A stretch of 64,000 nucleotides of DNA, from positions 127,162,001 through 127,226,000 of the forward strand of contig NC_043000.1 of the NCBI RefSeq assembly GCF_006345805.1, in the 5' to 3' direction. The position numbers and the translations under genes are program-made. The notes under the pieces are model-generated. The model was not told where the DNA came from. It worked only from the letters and a program-made list of their open reading frames with translations, and did no database searches. Below are positions 22,814-38,162 of this stretch, piece after piece; positions within the stretch are counted from its first letter, which is position 1; each line of letters starts with the position of its first letter. The DNA comes from Octopus sinensis. Lineage: Eukaryota.

Positions 22814-25800
22814 AGGAAATTGTATAAGAAATCTTTACCTTTGCAGAATTAGCAACTGAAGAATATGCTGCTGTAGTTTGTGCAACTTTGCATGCTACCT
22901 TTGCACTTGACACTGATTGCAACAAATGTGCAGCTTGTTCACTAAGACGGTCTAAAATTGGTTGTTTGGCATTTATACCATCCAAGTATTGCTAAAAGAG
23001 AAGAAAAAGAAATTGCATTAGTCACTAACATAAAAAGTAATTTGCAGTGTATTTATTAGTGTCATTTATTGTAAGTAATGTGTTTTTAGCGTATTTATAA
23101 TTATATTGTCTGACTGTAACTGCACATTATTATTATTTATTTGTTAAATATGCATGAGTAGTTGTTACAGCAACATGGGCAACAATCAGCTTGTCTTCAT
23201 ATACAATGACAATGTGTCTTAATGAATATTTAAGCAAGTATATCCATATGCTATATACACAGATACATATGCTATATACACACACACATATATATGTATA
23301 TATACATGTGCATGCCTGCTAAAGGAAATGTGTTATATTTGTTTACATCTTTTAAATATGACACGGAACTCCTATATTCATGTATAGCTTATTTAAAAGA
23401 AGGGAAAGTAAAAATATTGAGTAAATGCTTTTCTAGATTCCACTTCATACACACACACATTACATGCTTCTAATTTATGCACAATTCCAGCAATTTTGAG
23501 TGGAGCAGGAGAGTCCATATTACTATTGCTCTCCAATACTTGACTATTAATTTCTTTTATTGACTTAGAATGGATGAAAGGTAAAGATGACGTTAGCAGG
23601 ATTTGAAATCAGAACATAAAGAGCTGGAACAAATATTATAAAAATAAATGTGCCCTTTTTAAGGCCTAGCCAGGCTCATGGGCCTAGTTTCCCGGTTTCC
23701 GTGGCATATGTGTTCCCCAGCTGGATGGGACGCCAGTCTATCGTAGCGTTACTCATTTTTGCCAGCTGAGTGGACTGGAGCAATGTGAAATGAAGTGATT
23801 TACTCAAGAACACAATGCGTCACCCAGTCCAAGAATCAAAACCACAATCTTACAATCATGATGCTGACACCCTAACCACTAAGCCACACACCTCCATGGA
23901 ACAAATATTACAAAGCCTATATTCCAACTCTTTAACAATTCTGCCAGCTTGCTGCTTGAATTGTCTTTTTGATTTAGGTACAAAATTAGAAGTTTTGAGG
24001 GGCAGGGGTCAGTCAGTACCATCACTCCCAGTATTTGATAGGTTCTGTATTTTATTGATTTTGAAAAATAAAAGATAAAGGTGACTCCAGCAGGATTTGA
24101 ACTCAGAATATAAAGAACCAGAAGAAACATCTCATGGCATTTTGTCCATAGCTCCACTGATTCTGCCATAATAGTAATAATAAGCATTCTTTTTAATCTC
24201 AGATGTATTTTCTATTTGCATGCAATAGAAGAGAACACTCATCATTGGGTTTATTTATTTGTCTGTGTTATCTGATAAAACATCCAAGAAAGGTATGAAA
24301 GTCACAGAAACTCTTTCTGTAATATGATAGATTAGTAGCTTTTTGCCTCAAAGTAAGAAATCAATATATATATTACATATGAAAATACTTGTAAATATTT
24401 CAGATGAATTTTTATGTCAGTTTTAAAAAGAAACACTTGATACATTTATTGTAATCACAATCTAATATTTGACAAAATATCAAAACATCTGTGTATTGAA
24501 ATAAAAGTTGGAACAAAACAATAAAAAAAAAACAAATAATGATTTTTACAGATGCGCCACCCAAGTGAATTCAGTCATTTTCAGTGCATATTATCACCAT
24601 TATCGTCATCACTATCGTCATGACCTATTACAATTATCATCATTTATTTCTTTTTCAAATGCTGCCATAACTGATAATAAAACAGATTTAAAGTCACAGG
24701 TTATGTTTTTTGTTTCTCATAAACTCTAATTTTTATTAGATTTTATTATAGTCTCATGGCTAAAATGTCAATAAAGTAGCTAAACAGAAAAATTATAAAT
24801 TATAGAAATTACTTTACAAATCTAAACAATTCTAAATGGAGAAATTGAAAAAAGAAATGAAGCAGATAAAGGATTATTTCATAATTTTGTTAAATTTTTT
24901 GTAGCTTTTTGCTTTTTTTCTTTTAGTTTAGTTTCTAAAACGTGAACATTACACATTGTAGAATTGCCAAGAAATAAAAGAGATTAAAAATAAATGAGAA
25001 CATTATATAATACAGATTTTCCAGTGTTGATAACCAGTCTTCCAACAATGAGCCTAACAGTATCAAGAGAAAGAAATTATGGCAATTGATCCCTCCTACC
25101 TCCCTACACAATACTGAGGGCTATGAGAAAAGGCACACCCTTTTTCTTTTTCTTCACAGACTTTTAGAATTGAAAAGCCAGACAACTACACAATGCCAGC
25201 ATTTGTTCTCAAAACCAAATGGTTAGAACTCTTTGGATCACTTTTCTGGGCTTAAATCCAACAAAAATCAATATAGCTTTTGAGTTCTTCCAGATTAAAT
25301 AAGTACCAATAGGGTAATAGGAAATTTATGAGAAACTGAAGTGTGTATAGTAGGTTGTTTATGAGGTTCCATGAAAGATTTAAATAGTAATTTCTCTTCA
25401 AAAGGTCTGCAGGGATAGAGAAGGTCAGTAGATTTTAAGCAATAACAAATATGATTATTACTTGTATCAAGCAACATCAAGAACCAGAGAGATTAAGTCA
25501 CCTATCAAGTTACATTTAACACTGCTTGTGGGATAATATAGTATATTATAACAGAAAGTGTATTGGCTGACATAAGAGATCTGGTTTGGAAAAGGGTTAA
25601 GTATCAAAGCATGTAGAAATGAAAGTTAAATTTTACAGTAACCTGCCTTTTGAAGCACTGAAGAAAGATAAGAACAAACAGTTCTGAGCACTGATTAATA
25701 TTTGAATATTCTTACAAGGTGGATAGGAAGTTACAGCTATTTGTAATCTGTATGGACTATGGATGTTGTAAATAAATTGAAGTAAATAACGTGTACAGGT

Positions 25801-28658
25801 TCCTATCATAAGACAAAGTATGAAGTTATATTTCACATAAGAAAAATTGGAGATGCTGAAATGTAAACATTTTTTATTTACATTTTTCTGTAGACAGAAC
25901 ATAATCCTGATAATATATCAAAAGCACATATTTTGTGTGAATACAAGAAGAAAAAAATAACCAACAAAAAGCACATACACACAGTTCTTTAACTTGTTTT
26001 AACAGTGATGGCTAAGTTGATACTCAAACACGAGGAAAGATCATAGATACAAGCTGACAGTTTCAGGATGAGTGTTAGAAGAATCAAAAGGAGAAATTAA
26101 AAAGAAAATTACCATGTTATCTTCAAGTTGCTTGTCTATGTCTACAAGAGAATATTTATAATCAGAAGAGGTTTTCTGAGCTGGTACTGTGCTAGTTAAC
26201 CATTGGTTTATTTCTTCTTGTGTTGCATCATATTCTTTCCACTGTTGACCAATCTTTTCTGTTTACAAAAAATGAAAATAAAATGGGAGAAGTGTAAATT
26301 TAGGATATTTATAAAAATAATAATGACTGAGATGTAATGTAATTATTATAAGCCAAGTAAATAGTATGATGTCATTGTGTGTTGACTGAAAAATTATGTT
26401 TAAAACAAATGGCAAGACATCAGTAATACACAGACATAACAAGTCAAATTATTTCCAAGTATGTAAGTAATGATCTGAAGGATGTTATATCAAATGATTT
26501 TCTTATTGCTTTCTTCAGGTATACACTTGATTTCAACCCTGTAAGCTAACAAGCCACTTGTTAACTATGCAGAATTCTTCATAACATGTAGTTAAATCTA
26601 AGCAGAGTTGACTACTGAAATTAGTCCATGAATTTCAATAATTTTTTATACCATGAGGAGAAGTAGAACCTGACATTTTGGCACTGACCCCTTCATCTTG
26701 CAAGAGGGCACAAATGTTTCTTTCTTAAAATCAGTTGCAAAATGTCAGATTCTTCTTCCAAATTAATGAATTCAATGCAAACCACCATCAGTTTCCTTGG
26801 ATTTCAGTTTTTTTTATTGACTAAGCTTTAAATGTTATTGTCAGAACCATAATGGAATATCAGTGATAGAGTATGAACTCTTGAAGCCTTGGCTTCAAAT
26901 CTAGCTGCATAAAATCAACTCAGGCAGATGTAATTCTTTTGTCAAAAGCAACTGGCTGGTTTAAAAATATAAGAGATTAAAAGAATTTACATATTATCAC
27001 TAAAATAAACATTATGAAAAATCAACTCAAACTTTTTATGGTATCTCCAATATTAAAGTATTCAGTATAAAAATATTAGATATGTGTCTCAAATTTAATT
27101 GTCCTTTTTTTATAAATTTTCTGTCTAGAGATGGTTAGAAAGCAGATGCAATGTCTAGAGGTGATTTGTATTTCTGATAGATAAACAAAGATATCTGCTT
27201 GCTATTCACACAACCCAGTCAAAAGACAGTTACAGAATAAGAAGACAAATTTGTTATGATATCAATCCAAAAGACTCCAACAGTAATGTTATGCATGCCC
27301 AGTAAAATAAAATAGTGACTCAAAAGAAGAATGCTCACCAATAAATGTCTTTTGTTTAACACTGACACTGTTAGAGAAGACCTTAGGGTATAAATAAATT
27401 ATTAGACAAGATGTCCACAATTAGATGAGATGTCCATTGATATCTTTAGAGTATTGTCATGGCATTTCTCACTTTGGAGATTGTTCAGTTGTGCCATTCA
27501 CCTTTTGTTTATATTGTTACAATATTGTAGAAATTAACTGATTAAAAACATATGGAACAGCAATACAATATGCATATGTATGAGCATTTGTGTGTGTGTG
27601 TGTGCGTGTGTGTGTGTGTGTGTATGCTTGTGTGTGCAATAAACTGAGAGATACTAACCCATTTTAGACTGTTGAGCTTCTGCTGTTTTTCTGAGCTCAA
27701 CGAAATCTTCATTCAAAGCATTCAGTTCATCTTGTATCAGTTTTCGACCTTGCTCAGTAGTTGCCTCCATTACAATTTTGCCTTTGCTGCTAGCATCGGA
27801 TATTTTGGTGTTACCAGACTCAATTTCTGAAGTGACATTCTAGAAAGAGTGGAGCAACAAAGCCTGTTCTAAAATTTTGTCTCTTTTTTACACAAATCCA
27901 ACTATGATTACTATCATCTTTATAATGATAATGACGATGATGATGATAATGGCAATAGTGGCTGGGATAATTGTGGTATGGTGAGAGGCATGATGATATG
28001 ATTATGTGGTAGAGGTAACAGTGAGGGTAAAAATGATGATATGATAGGGGTCAATAATAACATGTTTTACATTATAGTAAAGCTTGCATTAAAGTTGATG
28101 TTTAGCCACAAGTCATCTTCATCAAGCACCTAATGTGTCTCTCTTTTCTAAAGTAGAAAGATTATCTAGCTTAGATAATCTGAGAGATATTTGAAAAATG
28201 GCTAAATGATACATGAGAGAGATTTGAAGAAAAGGTCTGTTATTACAGAATTTATTTTATTTTCTACCACATAATACTCACATTTTTTTATATTGAAAGT
28301 GGCTACCAAACTCTGATATGGTACAAGACAAAATATTGCAATAGAAAAGAGGTGAAAAAGACAACACAAAAAATAAATGAACAAAAAGGAAAAAAAAATG
28401 AACATTTTCATGGACACTGAATTTAAAAAAGCCTAAGAAATAATTCTGAAGACAGCAATAACAACAACAACAACACTCACACAAGGTCAAGTCTTTTAAA
28501 TTGCTCATGTAGTGGCTTGCCTCATTTATAATGCAAACAGAATTTTTAGAACACAGTTACCAGAGAAAAGAAAAATACTTGTAAGAATTTTGTAAAACCA
28601 GGTGTTTTGGTATCAGAGAAAGAGAGAACAAGAAAGAGATGGGGAGACAGAGAGAGTG

Positions 28659-28691
<33 letters not shown>

Positions 28692-31600
28692 CAAAGCAAA
28701 AATCATATATTTATGTTTTAGAAAAGATACCACAGAATTAGAATTATGCAAGTAAAACGAGTACCCCAGGATATCTTGGGGAAAATATATGGTACTGTCT
28801 GATGCACTTTTAAAATCAAAGACTCAGCTAAAACACAGGCTGAAATTATTAAATATTCCCCCAACCATGCACTGTGCCCCACTATGTGAGGCAAGGAATT
28901 ACAAGGGTTACCATAAAAGACATTGGAGATGTTATAGATCCATGACTGATCATTAGTTTTATATTGTAATACGAACAAGTGGTTAAAGCTTGGATAATTA
29001 GAAGTAGCAGGAGGTCAGGGAATATCAAAGGAGATTTGCAAGCCTTAATGATCCTTGAAGGTCAGAAAGCCATACTGAAACTGTACCTGATTGAGAATGC
29101 TGAGACAAAGGACATGAGATAGATGGTGTCAAGAAAAAAGTCTAGTTGCTATATATGTATCAGAGTAAGAACCACCTTAGAGCTTTTTACCCTGAAGAAC
29201 TGAAGAGACAAGGCAAGAAAATGAGGCAGAAAAACAACAGAGACTAGCCAACACAGCAACAACAAGCCTCAGTTAGAAGAGTACTATCACTCATAGCTCT
29301 AGGGATGGTGAAAGAAATCACCCCATAACTATTCCTATAAATATACAGAGAAACTGATTCCTTAACAGAAGCAATCAGTAGCATCATTCCATCCTTATGT
29401 AATGAGGAAGAGATATGGTTGGAGATGAAAGTATCCAAACTGTTAGGAGAAATATGTAAGTAAAAGATTAAAAAATTCTCAAAAAGGAAAAGTTAATACA
29501 AAACAACTAAAGCATGTAAGGAATAACTTCTAGAAAACAACAATGAGGCCTCTCCACAGAAAAATAATAAAGAAAATGATGAGAATTATGAAGAAGTGAG
29601 TAATAATCAAACTGACAACTAACACATAAAATTACATCTATATGGTACAAGGGGTAGTTTGATTAGATAAAAGTAACATGGGGGCAGTTAAATGAAGGAA
29701 ATATCCAAAGCACAAGCTATTAGTAAAAATAAACAAAAACAACAAATTGAAACAATCCTATTTTGCAAACATAGCTGTCCTGCTATCCTACATGACTCAA
29801 AAAATGTAGTCTTTCTATCCCAAATGAATAGGCTTACAAAGAATAAGTCCTGGGGTTGATTTGCTCGACTAAAGGTGGTACTCCAGCATAGCCACAGTCA
29901 AATGGCTGAAACAAGTAAAAGAGTAAAAGAAAGTATATGCGATGAGCTCCTTTCAGTTTCCATCTATCAAATCTACTTACAAGGCTTTTGTTGGCCTTGG
30001 GCTATAGTAGGAGACACTTGCCCAAAGTACCACATTGTGGTACTGAACTTGAAACTATGTGGTTGGGAAGCAAACCTCTTAACCACACAGTCACATCTAC
30101 ACCTTTCTTTTGGAAAAATATGTTTGTTTTGATAAACTGCCTCATCTAGAGTGAATAAGTTGTTTGCTTTATCTTCTCTCACCTTCACCCTTTTTCTCTC
30201 TGGTTCAAACAACTCATTCTTTGCTTAAATTATCTACACCATGAAAAACAAAAAACAACAAAAAAAGTCTACAAAGAATAAAGAAATTTCTTCTCAACTC
30301 ATGTAAAAAATATTGTTTTCAGTAAAGAGAATCAGTAAAACGGTGTCTAAATTTCTGCCAGTTTTTGAAGAGAAGTGTGTTTATTTTCTCTTTTCTTTCA
30401 CAATACATTCTACACTCAAAGAGAAAGTATTATGTCAGTTACTCAATGGGCGTTAATAAATGAACATTTGTACCTTGCTTCTATCAAGGTTGACAATTTG
30501 AAGCCAGTTTTCCCCTCGTAGGTATTGGTAATTTGAATCTATACTTTCACAATTTGTGTAACATTTACTGCTTTATATCACATTGAATTATTTTTATCTC
30601 GGCACTAATTTTTGTCTATATGTCCTACAACAGAATGGAAGAGATCTGTGAAAATATTCCCTCATGAAAAGGCTGTGATAAGTCAAACGTACAAGACTAC
30701 TTAACAGTGAAAGATAAAAGTTTAAAAGCTAATTAATACAGTAATATGATACAGTTTTCAACTTTTTTTAAATATTTTTCATATTTTTAATGCTTTTAAT
30801 TTCCTCATGTTTCTAATATCATTCTTAATGCGTTTTCATATTTTTAGTATGTATCTCTTCTTATTAATATGTTTCTTATATGAATCATTTTTTTAAAACT
30901 TCAACTAAATGTCCTTTAAGAACTATTCATAGGGTGCATGAAGAACAGCAAGAATCCAAACAATAATGTATCTATTCATTCTTAATATGTTCTGGCAGAT
31001 TCAAAAGTGAACAACAGAGATCAGAAATTCACATTCAAATCTTCTGTCAGAACATATTAGGAATGAATAGATATGCTATCCTTTAAGACCTCCTCCTCCT
31101 CCTCCTTCTTTTTCTTCTTCTTCTTCTTCACCACCACCACCACCACCATCAAAGGCATTATCAGCACTACCACCACCACCACCATCATTAGGGCAGTAAA
31201 TTGGAAGAGTTGTTGGAACATCAGTAAAAAAAAAAAATTTACTAAGCAGCATTCTTCAAGGCTCTTTATGTAGTGAGTTCAAATCCTACCCAGGTTAACT
31301 TCATCTTTCATCCTTTTGGTGGTTGATAAAATATGGTATCAGTTTAAGTACTGGGGTTGATGTAATTGATTTGAATAATCCCCTCAAATTAGCTGGTCTT
31401 GTCAATATCAAAAAGAATTATTATTAGTATTATTATTTTTATTATCAAAGCGGCAAGCTGGCAGAATCATTAGCACGCCAGGTGAAATGCTTAGCAGTAT
31501 TTCATCTGCCATTTCATTCTGAGTTCAAATTCTGCTGAGGTCAACTTTGTTTTTATCTTTTTGAGGTCAATAAATTAAGTACCAGTGAAACACTAGGATT

Positions 31601-34600
31601 GATGTAATTGATTATCCCCCTTCCCTCAAATTTCAGGCCTTGTGCCTATAATAGAAAGGATTATCATTATTATCATCATCATTATTATTATTATTATTGC
31701 CAGTACCACCTGACTGGCCCTCGTGCCAGTGGCACACAAAAGCAACCACTACACTCTCAGAATGGTTGGCTTTAGGAAAGGCATCCAGCTGTAGAAACTC
31801 TGCCAGATCAGATTTGAGGCTGGTGCAGCCATCTGATTCACCAGTCCTCAGTCAAATCGTCCAACCCATGCTCGTATGGAAAGCAGATGTTAAATGATGA
31901 TTATTGTTATTATTAATTATTATTAGAAATGAGAGCACATGGTGGAGTGGTTAGGTTGTTGCACGCACAATTGTGAGATCATGGTTTCAATTCCTAGACC
32001 AGGTGGTGTGTTGTGTTCCTCAGCAAACACTTCATCTCATGATGCTCTGTGATCATTTCAACACCTGACATGCGGTACACTATGCACCTGTTCAGTCAAC
32101 GTTGATTTGGTGGAGGGAGTGAGCTGATGTATGACATACATTTGATCACTATAAACAAATCATTTATGCAGGACATTCAGCAAAAAAGCTGAACACTTAT
32201 ACATTGTCTTTGACGGAAGAGTCCACCATTATTATTGAGGTGGCAAGCTGGCAGGACTGTCAGCATAATGGGCAAAATGCTTAGCAGCATTTTATGTCTT
32301 TATGCTCTGGATTCAAATTCCACTGAAGTCAACATTGTCTTTCTTCCTTTCCGGGTCGATAAAATATGTAACCAGTTGAGCACTTGAGACCCCTCCCCTC
32401 AAATTGCTGGTTTCGTGCCAAAATAAGAAAAAGATTATCATTGTAATTTGTAGATTATAAGGTGGCAAGCTGGCAGAATTGCTAAACCCTAAACCAATGG
32501 AGTGCCCCAGGCAATTGCCCTATGTTCCCCTGCCTTAAGATGGCACAGAGCATTACCTCACAAAAGATTTCTTTTCGAGGTGCTTGAAGCAAAGAATTGT
32601 ATAATTCTTGAATAATTAATAGTTAATTAAAAACATAGCCATCAATGCAACTAATTCCATTTTAGTTTGTTAAGATGGTTAGATACCTTTCTTTTATAAT
32701 TGTAATTTTATATTCTGCCTGGCAAAACTATTATTAGCCTACAATACCTAGTTATATATATATATATATATATATAAAAGTAACAGAAAAAGCCAAAAGA
32801 AATTAATAGGTGTTATTCAAAAGAATATAATGCAAGGGAATTGAAAGGCTTAGGCTTTGGTGATATAAAGGGATTAATAATAATTAATCTTTAAACCATT
32901 ACAGTTACACATAAATAAGGTTAGGGGAAACAGCCGGCATGAAATAGGAAGTACGGAAAGTCTGTGGTTTGTTGTTATTATGTAGCTTGTTGTTATTAAG
33001 TAAGCTACATAATTTAAACTGAAGCATACATACAAGTATTCATGCATACATGGATACAAATGTATGTACAAGTATGTACATGTATGTACAGGCATGTAAT
33101 GTATGTACAAACTTTCAGATTGAGCAGTTCTTATGCAAAATATACAATCTAATACTAGAACATAACATACTATAAAAACAGCATGGTGAAACAAAGTTAA
33201 ATGCTTTATTTAGAGAATATCAGGAGCTGTCAGGAAGCTTATTTAAATTCTAACATTTCAGATTTAAAAATGCTTTTAAAGAAAAAAGATAATGAATAAT
33301 GAATAAACAACATATGAAATGGACCAGTGAGTGAATTTAAAATTAAATATCTTACCAGAATATTTATCCTCTTTTATATTATTCCCCGAGTCAAGTGTTG
33401 TGTGTAAAAACAAACACAATAGTATTGCTTTGTAGGAATAGCCCTAATAACATTCTGTTTTAACTTACTCTTGTAAACCAAAACTGAGAAACTGTTTGAT
33501 ATGGAGGGGAGGGAATGGGTGGAATTTAGTTACTAGATAAAATAATTTTAGAATCTATCTATAAACACACATACAACAACTGCGAAAAAAAAATGTAGTA
33601 ACTCTCATACAATTCTTACAAATTCCAAACTAATAGTGATAATTCAAAAAAGACCACAATCTCTGACATTTGAGCAGAAATGAGAGTTGGAGGAGGAGGA
33701 GGACCACTCCAAGTAATTGACAAGGAAAAATAAAAACAACACATAACATTGGTTACAGGAAGTTGTTTATCTCTTTCAGCTAAGATAGCAGGGGTATTAC
33801 TTGAATAGAATAACAGAAAAAAAAGGAGAAAAATAGAGGAAAGGGGAAACAACATTTCTAGCAAAAAAATAAATATAACTATATAAAAAAAATCTACAAT
33901 TGTAGTAGCCACATTAATTTTCAAGGATGACAGCAACCAAATGATTTCAATGTCAAAAGAATCCATTGGGAAGTTAAAACTAAACAATGAAATTAACCAC
34001 AAAAAAAACACAGAAAAACATAAAAAAAATTATGAATTACCTGAATACGATGTAATTGTGTCTCCAGCACACTTCTGTCACCTTGGATTTCCCCATTATT
34101 ATTCAGGATTTCCAAAGTGCGACTCACCCAGTTGGCAGCATCAACATAGGCGTCCCTGTAGGCTTGGGCTTCAAGCACATGCTGTTCACATTTTCCATGA
34201 AGTTGCTAAAAATGAAACAAAAACAAAATAATAAATAAACCTGTTGATGCCCCAATGTATTAGAAGAGTTTTTAGCATATCATTAAATGTCATTAAATTA
34301 CAAAGTTTAGCATAATCAATCTTGTCATGGGTTTAAGTGATCTATTAAAGGAAACATTTTGATGTGAGAATTAACAGATGTTTCATCATCATCATCATCA
34401 TCATCGTCATCGTCATCGTCCACATCATCATCATCATCATAGTCATCAACATTATCATCACCATTACAGTTATTCTCATCATCAGAGTGTTGCTGCCATC
34501 ATACCATTGTTATTTTATGTCCGCTTTCTTTGCAGTCATGGGTTGTACAGATCATTTCTGCTCTCCAAAACTGGGGGAACATGCCTCGTTTGTAAGTCTT

Positions 34601-34945
34601 ATTTCTGACTTAGTCTCTACAGCTTGATGCCCTTCCTAATACCAACCACTTTACACAGAGTACTGTGTACAATTTTTCATATCACCACTGCTAGAGAGGA
34701 AAAGGGTGAGAAAGAGAAGTTAGCAAAATTTGGCTAAATGGTAAGAGTGAATGATGGCTGCTGATGCTAGAAGGCTATTAGGAAATATAGAAAGAGGTAC
34801 ACGCAAGTTGGATAAGATCCCTTAGGTAAATATAACAAAATGGCTAGAGGGCTAGGGTAACAAAGAGTTGAGAAGGAGGGATGATGAAGATAATATGATG
34901 CATGTGTGTGTGTATATATATATATGTATATGTATGTATATGTAT

Positions 34946-34986
<41 letters not shown>

Positions 34987-35981
34987 CAGCTCCAGCTCAT
35001 ATCTGAACATTGGGTTTGTCATTTTCTATCCAGTCTCCTCAGCTGATGTTTGTACCAAATGTGACTTTGGAGTCCAAGTTGGTGGTGAAAGAGTCATAGG
35101 CAGAATTCATACAGGATGATCTTCCAGCAGTCACCATCTTGACTCAGGGCAGGGCTACCCACTCCAGGCACTTGCTGTAGGCTTCTGTGTTGAGTCTGAG
35201 ACTGTGTAGGAAGACAAATCGAGGCATAACATCGCTATCACTAGTGATCCAAACATCATGATGTTGACTGGACATTTGATTTTTATCACTCTCGGTACAT
35301 GTCCTCTGACTGATACCCAAACACACTGAAATGTTCGTATTAGAGTTCTGGCACAAATGTGAAGCAGTACAGCATGTTATTTCCAAATTTCTGACAGAGT
35401 GAATTGTGTCATGGTGCTGCTTTTCCCACAGATGACCCTACTAGTCTGTGTAGTCAACAAAATAAAAAACAAACAATGCACATGCAGAAAATTAAAAGTA
35501 TAAAATAGTGACAGTTTACCCATTGCATCTTCCATATATCATTATCATCATCATCATCGTTTAATGTCCGTTTTCCATGCTGACATAGGTTTGACGGTTT
35601 GACTGGGGACTGGCAAGCCAGGAGGCCACACCAGGCTCCAATCTGATCTGGCAATGTTTCTACAGATGGATGCCCTTCCTGATGCCAACTACTCCGAGAG
35701 TGTAGTGGGTGGTTTTTACGTGCCATCAGCACAGGAGCCAATCAGGCAGCACTGGCATCGTCCATGTTCAGATGGTGCTTTTTACGTGCTACCGGCACAG
35801 AAGTCAGTCAGGCAGCACTGGCAACGACCTGTGCATGAATGGTGCTTATTGCGTGCCACCAGCATGAGAGCCAGAAACCTTGGCAGATCAGATTGGAGCC
35901 TGGTACAACCTTTTGACTTACTAGTCTTCAGTCAAACCGTCCAAGCCATGCAAGTATGGAAAGCAGATGTTAAATGATGAC

Positions 35982-36032
<51 letters not shown>

Positions 36033-36153
36033 CAAGATTCATTTGAATTAGGTACTTAAGTTGAGGCACCAAGTCTGTCTGATATAGTCTGCACAGCTCA
36101 AAGTTAGGTGAATAAAAGTAAATATACACACACACACACACTATATATATATA

Positions 36154-36193
<40 letters not shown>

Positions 36194-38037
36194 GCATTTA
36201 AATATATTTACACATATATATTTACATGCATTTGTATGTAATTATCTTCTAAATGCATATATGTAATTGGATGTATAGTCTGAATATTCTTGCACTGCTG
36301 CAGCTTATTGGCTTAGCTATATTGGAGGGAAGTCATGTGTGTTTGTGGACACATACAATACACACACACACACATGCACACAATCAGCTGTTGTCCAAAT
36401 GAATTCAACTCTTTAATCAATATTAATTTACTCTTTAATAATAGACAAAAGATTGATCCATTCAGCATGAACTTTGCTTTTCATCCTTTCAGGTTTGTTA
36501 AAATAATGAACCAATGACGTATTAGCGTAAAGGTAATTGACACTGCCCCCTTCTCTCAAAAGTATTGACCTTGTGTGTAAGTTTGAGACAATATATATCT
36601 TACTTCAAATATCATTAAAAGACATGTAGCATATTTGATCCTAAGTGAGCAGCTTTGTTCAGTTTTGCTGCAATATAATCTTTTCAATGCAAGAGAATAC
36701 AACCACAGGCATGTAAACTGCTACCCAATCGCTAATTTTATAACTAATTCTTTCTATATATCTCTCTCTCTTAGTTGCAGCTCTACTGCCAAATACCCTG
36801 GGGCAGAATATCAAGTCAGAATTCCGAAGATGAGAAACAGACATCTAACCTTCTTGGTGATTGCGATTCCTCTTTCAATCAATGAAGATAATTCATATCA
36901 TAACAGCACTATTTAAACATGTGCCAATGAGGGAACCTTTAATTCGTCACACAGCCAGCTTGAAATAAAACCACACTCTGTGATCTTAAAAAGCATTAAG
37001 TACAATTTAGTATAATGTAATCCTAGATGCCCCATGGCTAGATGAAGGATGGGCTGATCATATATATGTCATGGATGGATCAGAGCTGACCTGGGGTTAA
37101 AGAACAATAAACTGGTTAAGCAAGGATTAAAGTATAGTTAAAGCAAAAGAAATGAAATAGTAGACAGTTACCTGCGCAGAGGTCACCAGGTCCTGATATC
37201 TTTTCTGTATATCATCAGTTTGTTTGCGGACATCTTGACTTTCATCCAAAATATGGGAATCACTTGACAGTAAATTATCGATGGTGATTTTCTGAGAATT
37301 TATATTCTGTTTCAAATGCTAACAAAAAAGAAAGAAAAAAAAGTCACAATTCATTTTTATGCCGCACCCCACCACATAAAAAAACAAAACAACAAAAAAC
37401 CTGATCTGATCGCAAATTAATCAAATAACATACAGACTCTGATTAGGACAACAAAATAGACTCTGTTTATGTAACTGAATACTTAAAAAACTCAGAACTG
37501 TGTTTAAAATACCTAATCTTGAAGACTACAGTAAAATTGGGGAGGAAACAGAAAACGCTAATCAAATAAGAAGTTTAAATAAAACAGCTAGACATCTAAA
37601 GTTTGTATATCTAAGATGCTGGTTATTTCGAGTGGTTCCAATTCCTTTTATTGCTTATCTTAGTATATACATTTAGTGAAGCTGTATACATACAAATATG
37701 GTATTCATAGAAGCTTATGACAGGATGCCTTTCCTGTCACCAACCCATGTTTCCGAGCAAAGAAATATTTCTCAGTTGTCAGACATGTATTCAAGAAAGA
37801 CTAGGAATTAATGATATCACTTGTATGATAGTGGTGGTTGTTTACAACTGTAACACAATGTTAAGACAAAGATACATATATATTCAAGGGGCTTTCTTTC
37901 AGTTTCTATCTACCACATGCTCTTAAAAGCTTTGGTTAGCCTGAAGCTATAGTAGAAGATATTTGCTAAAGGTACTACACAGTAGAACTGAACCTGAAAC
38001 CATGTGGCTGAGAAGCAAATTTTTTAACACAACCATG

Positions 38038-38068
<31 letters not shown>

Positions 38069-38116
38069 ACCCATGCTAGCATGGAAAATGGACGTTAAAC
38101 AATGATGATGATGATG

Positions 38117-38162
<46 letters not shown>

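Noticed and set aside
28950-29700. Purine-rich, coding-like stretch on +
   Set aside because: No sustained ORF or recognisable motif; possibly a very old TE.
30140-30235. Exon-like ORF 29973-30212 with AAG|GTGAGA
   Set aside because: Stops in all frames after the best acceptor, no spectrin motif, and exons 9 and 10 join cleanly without it.
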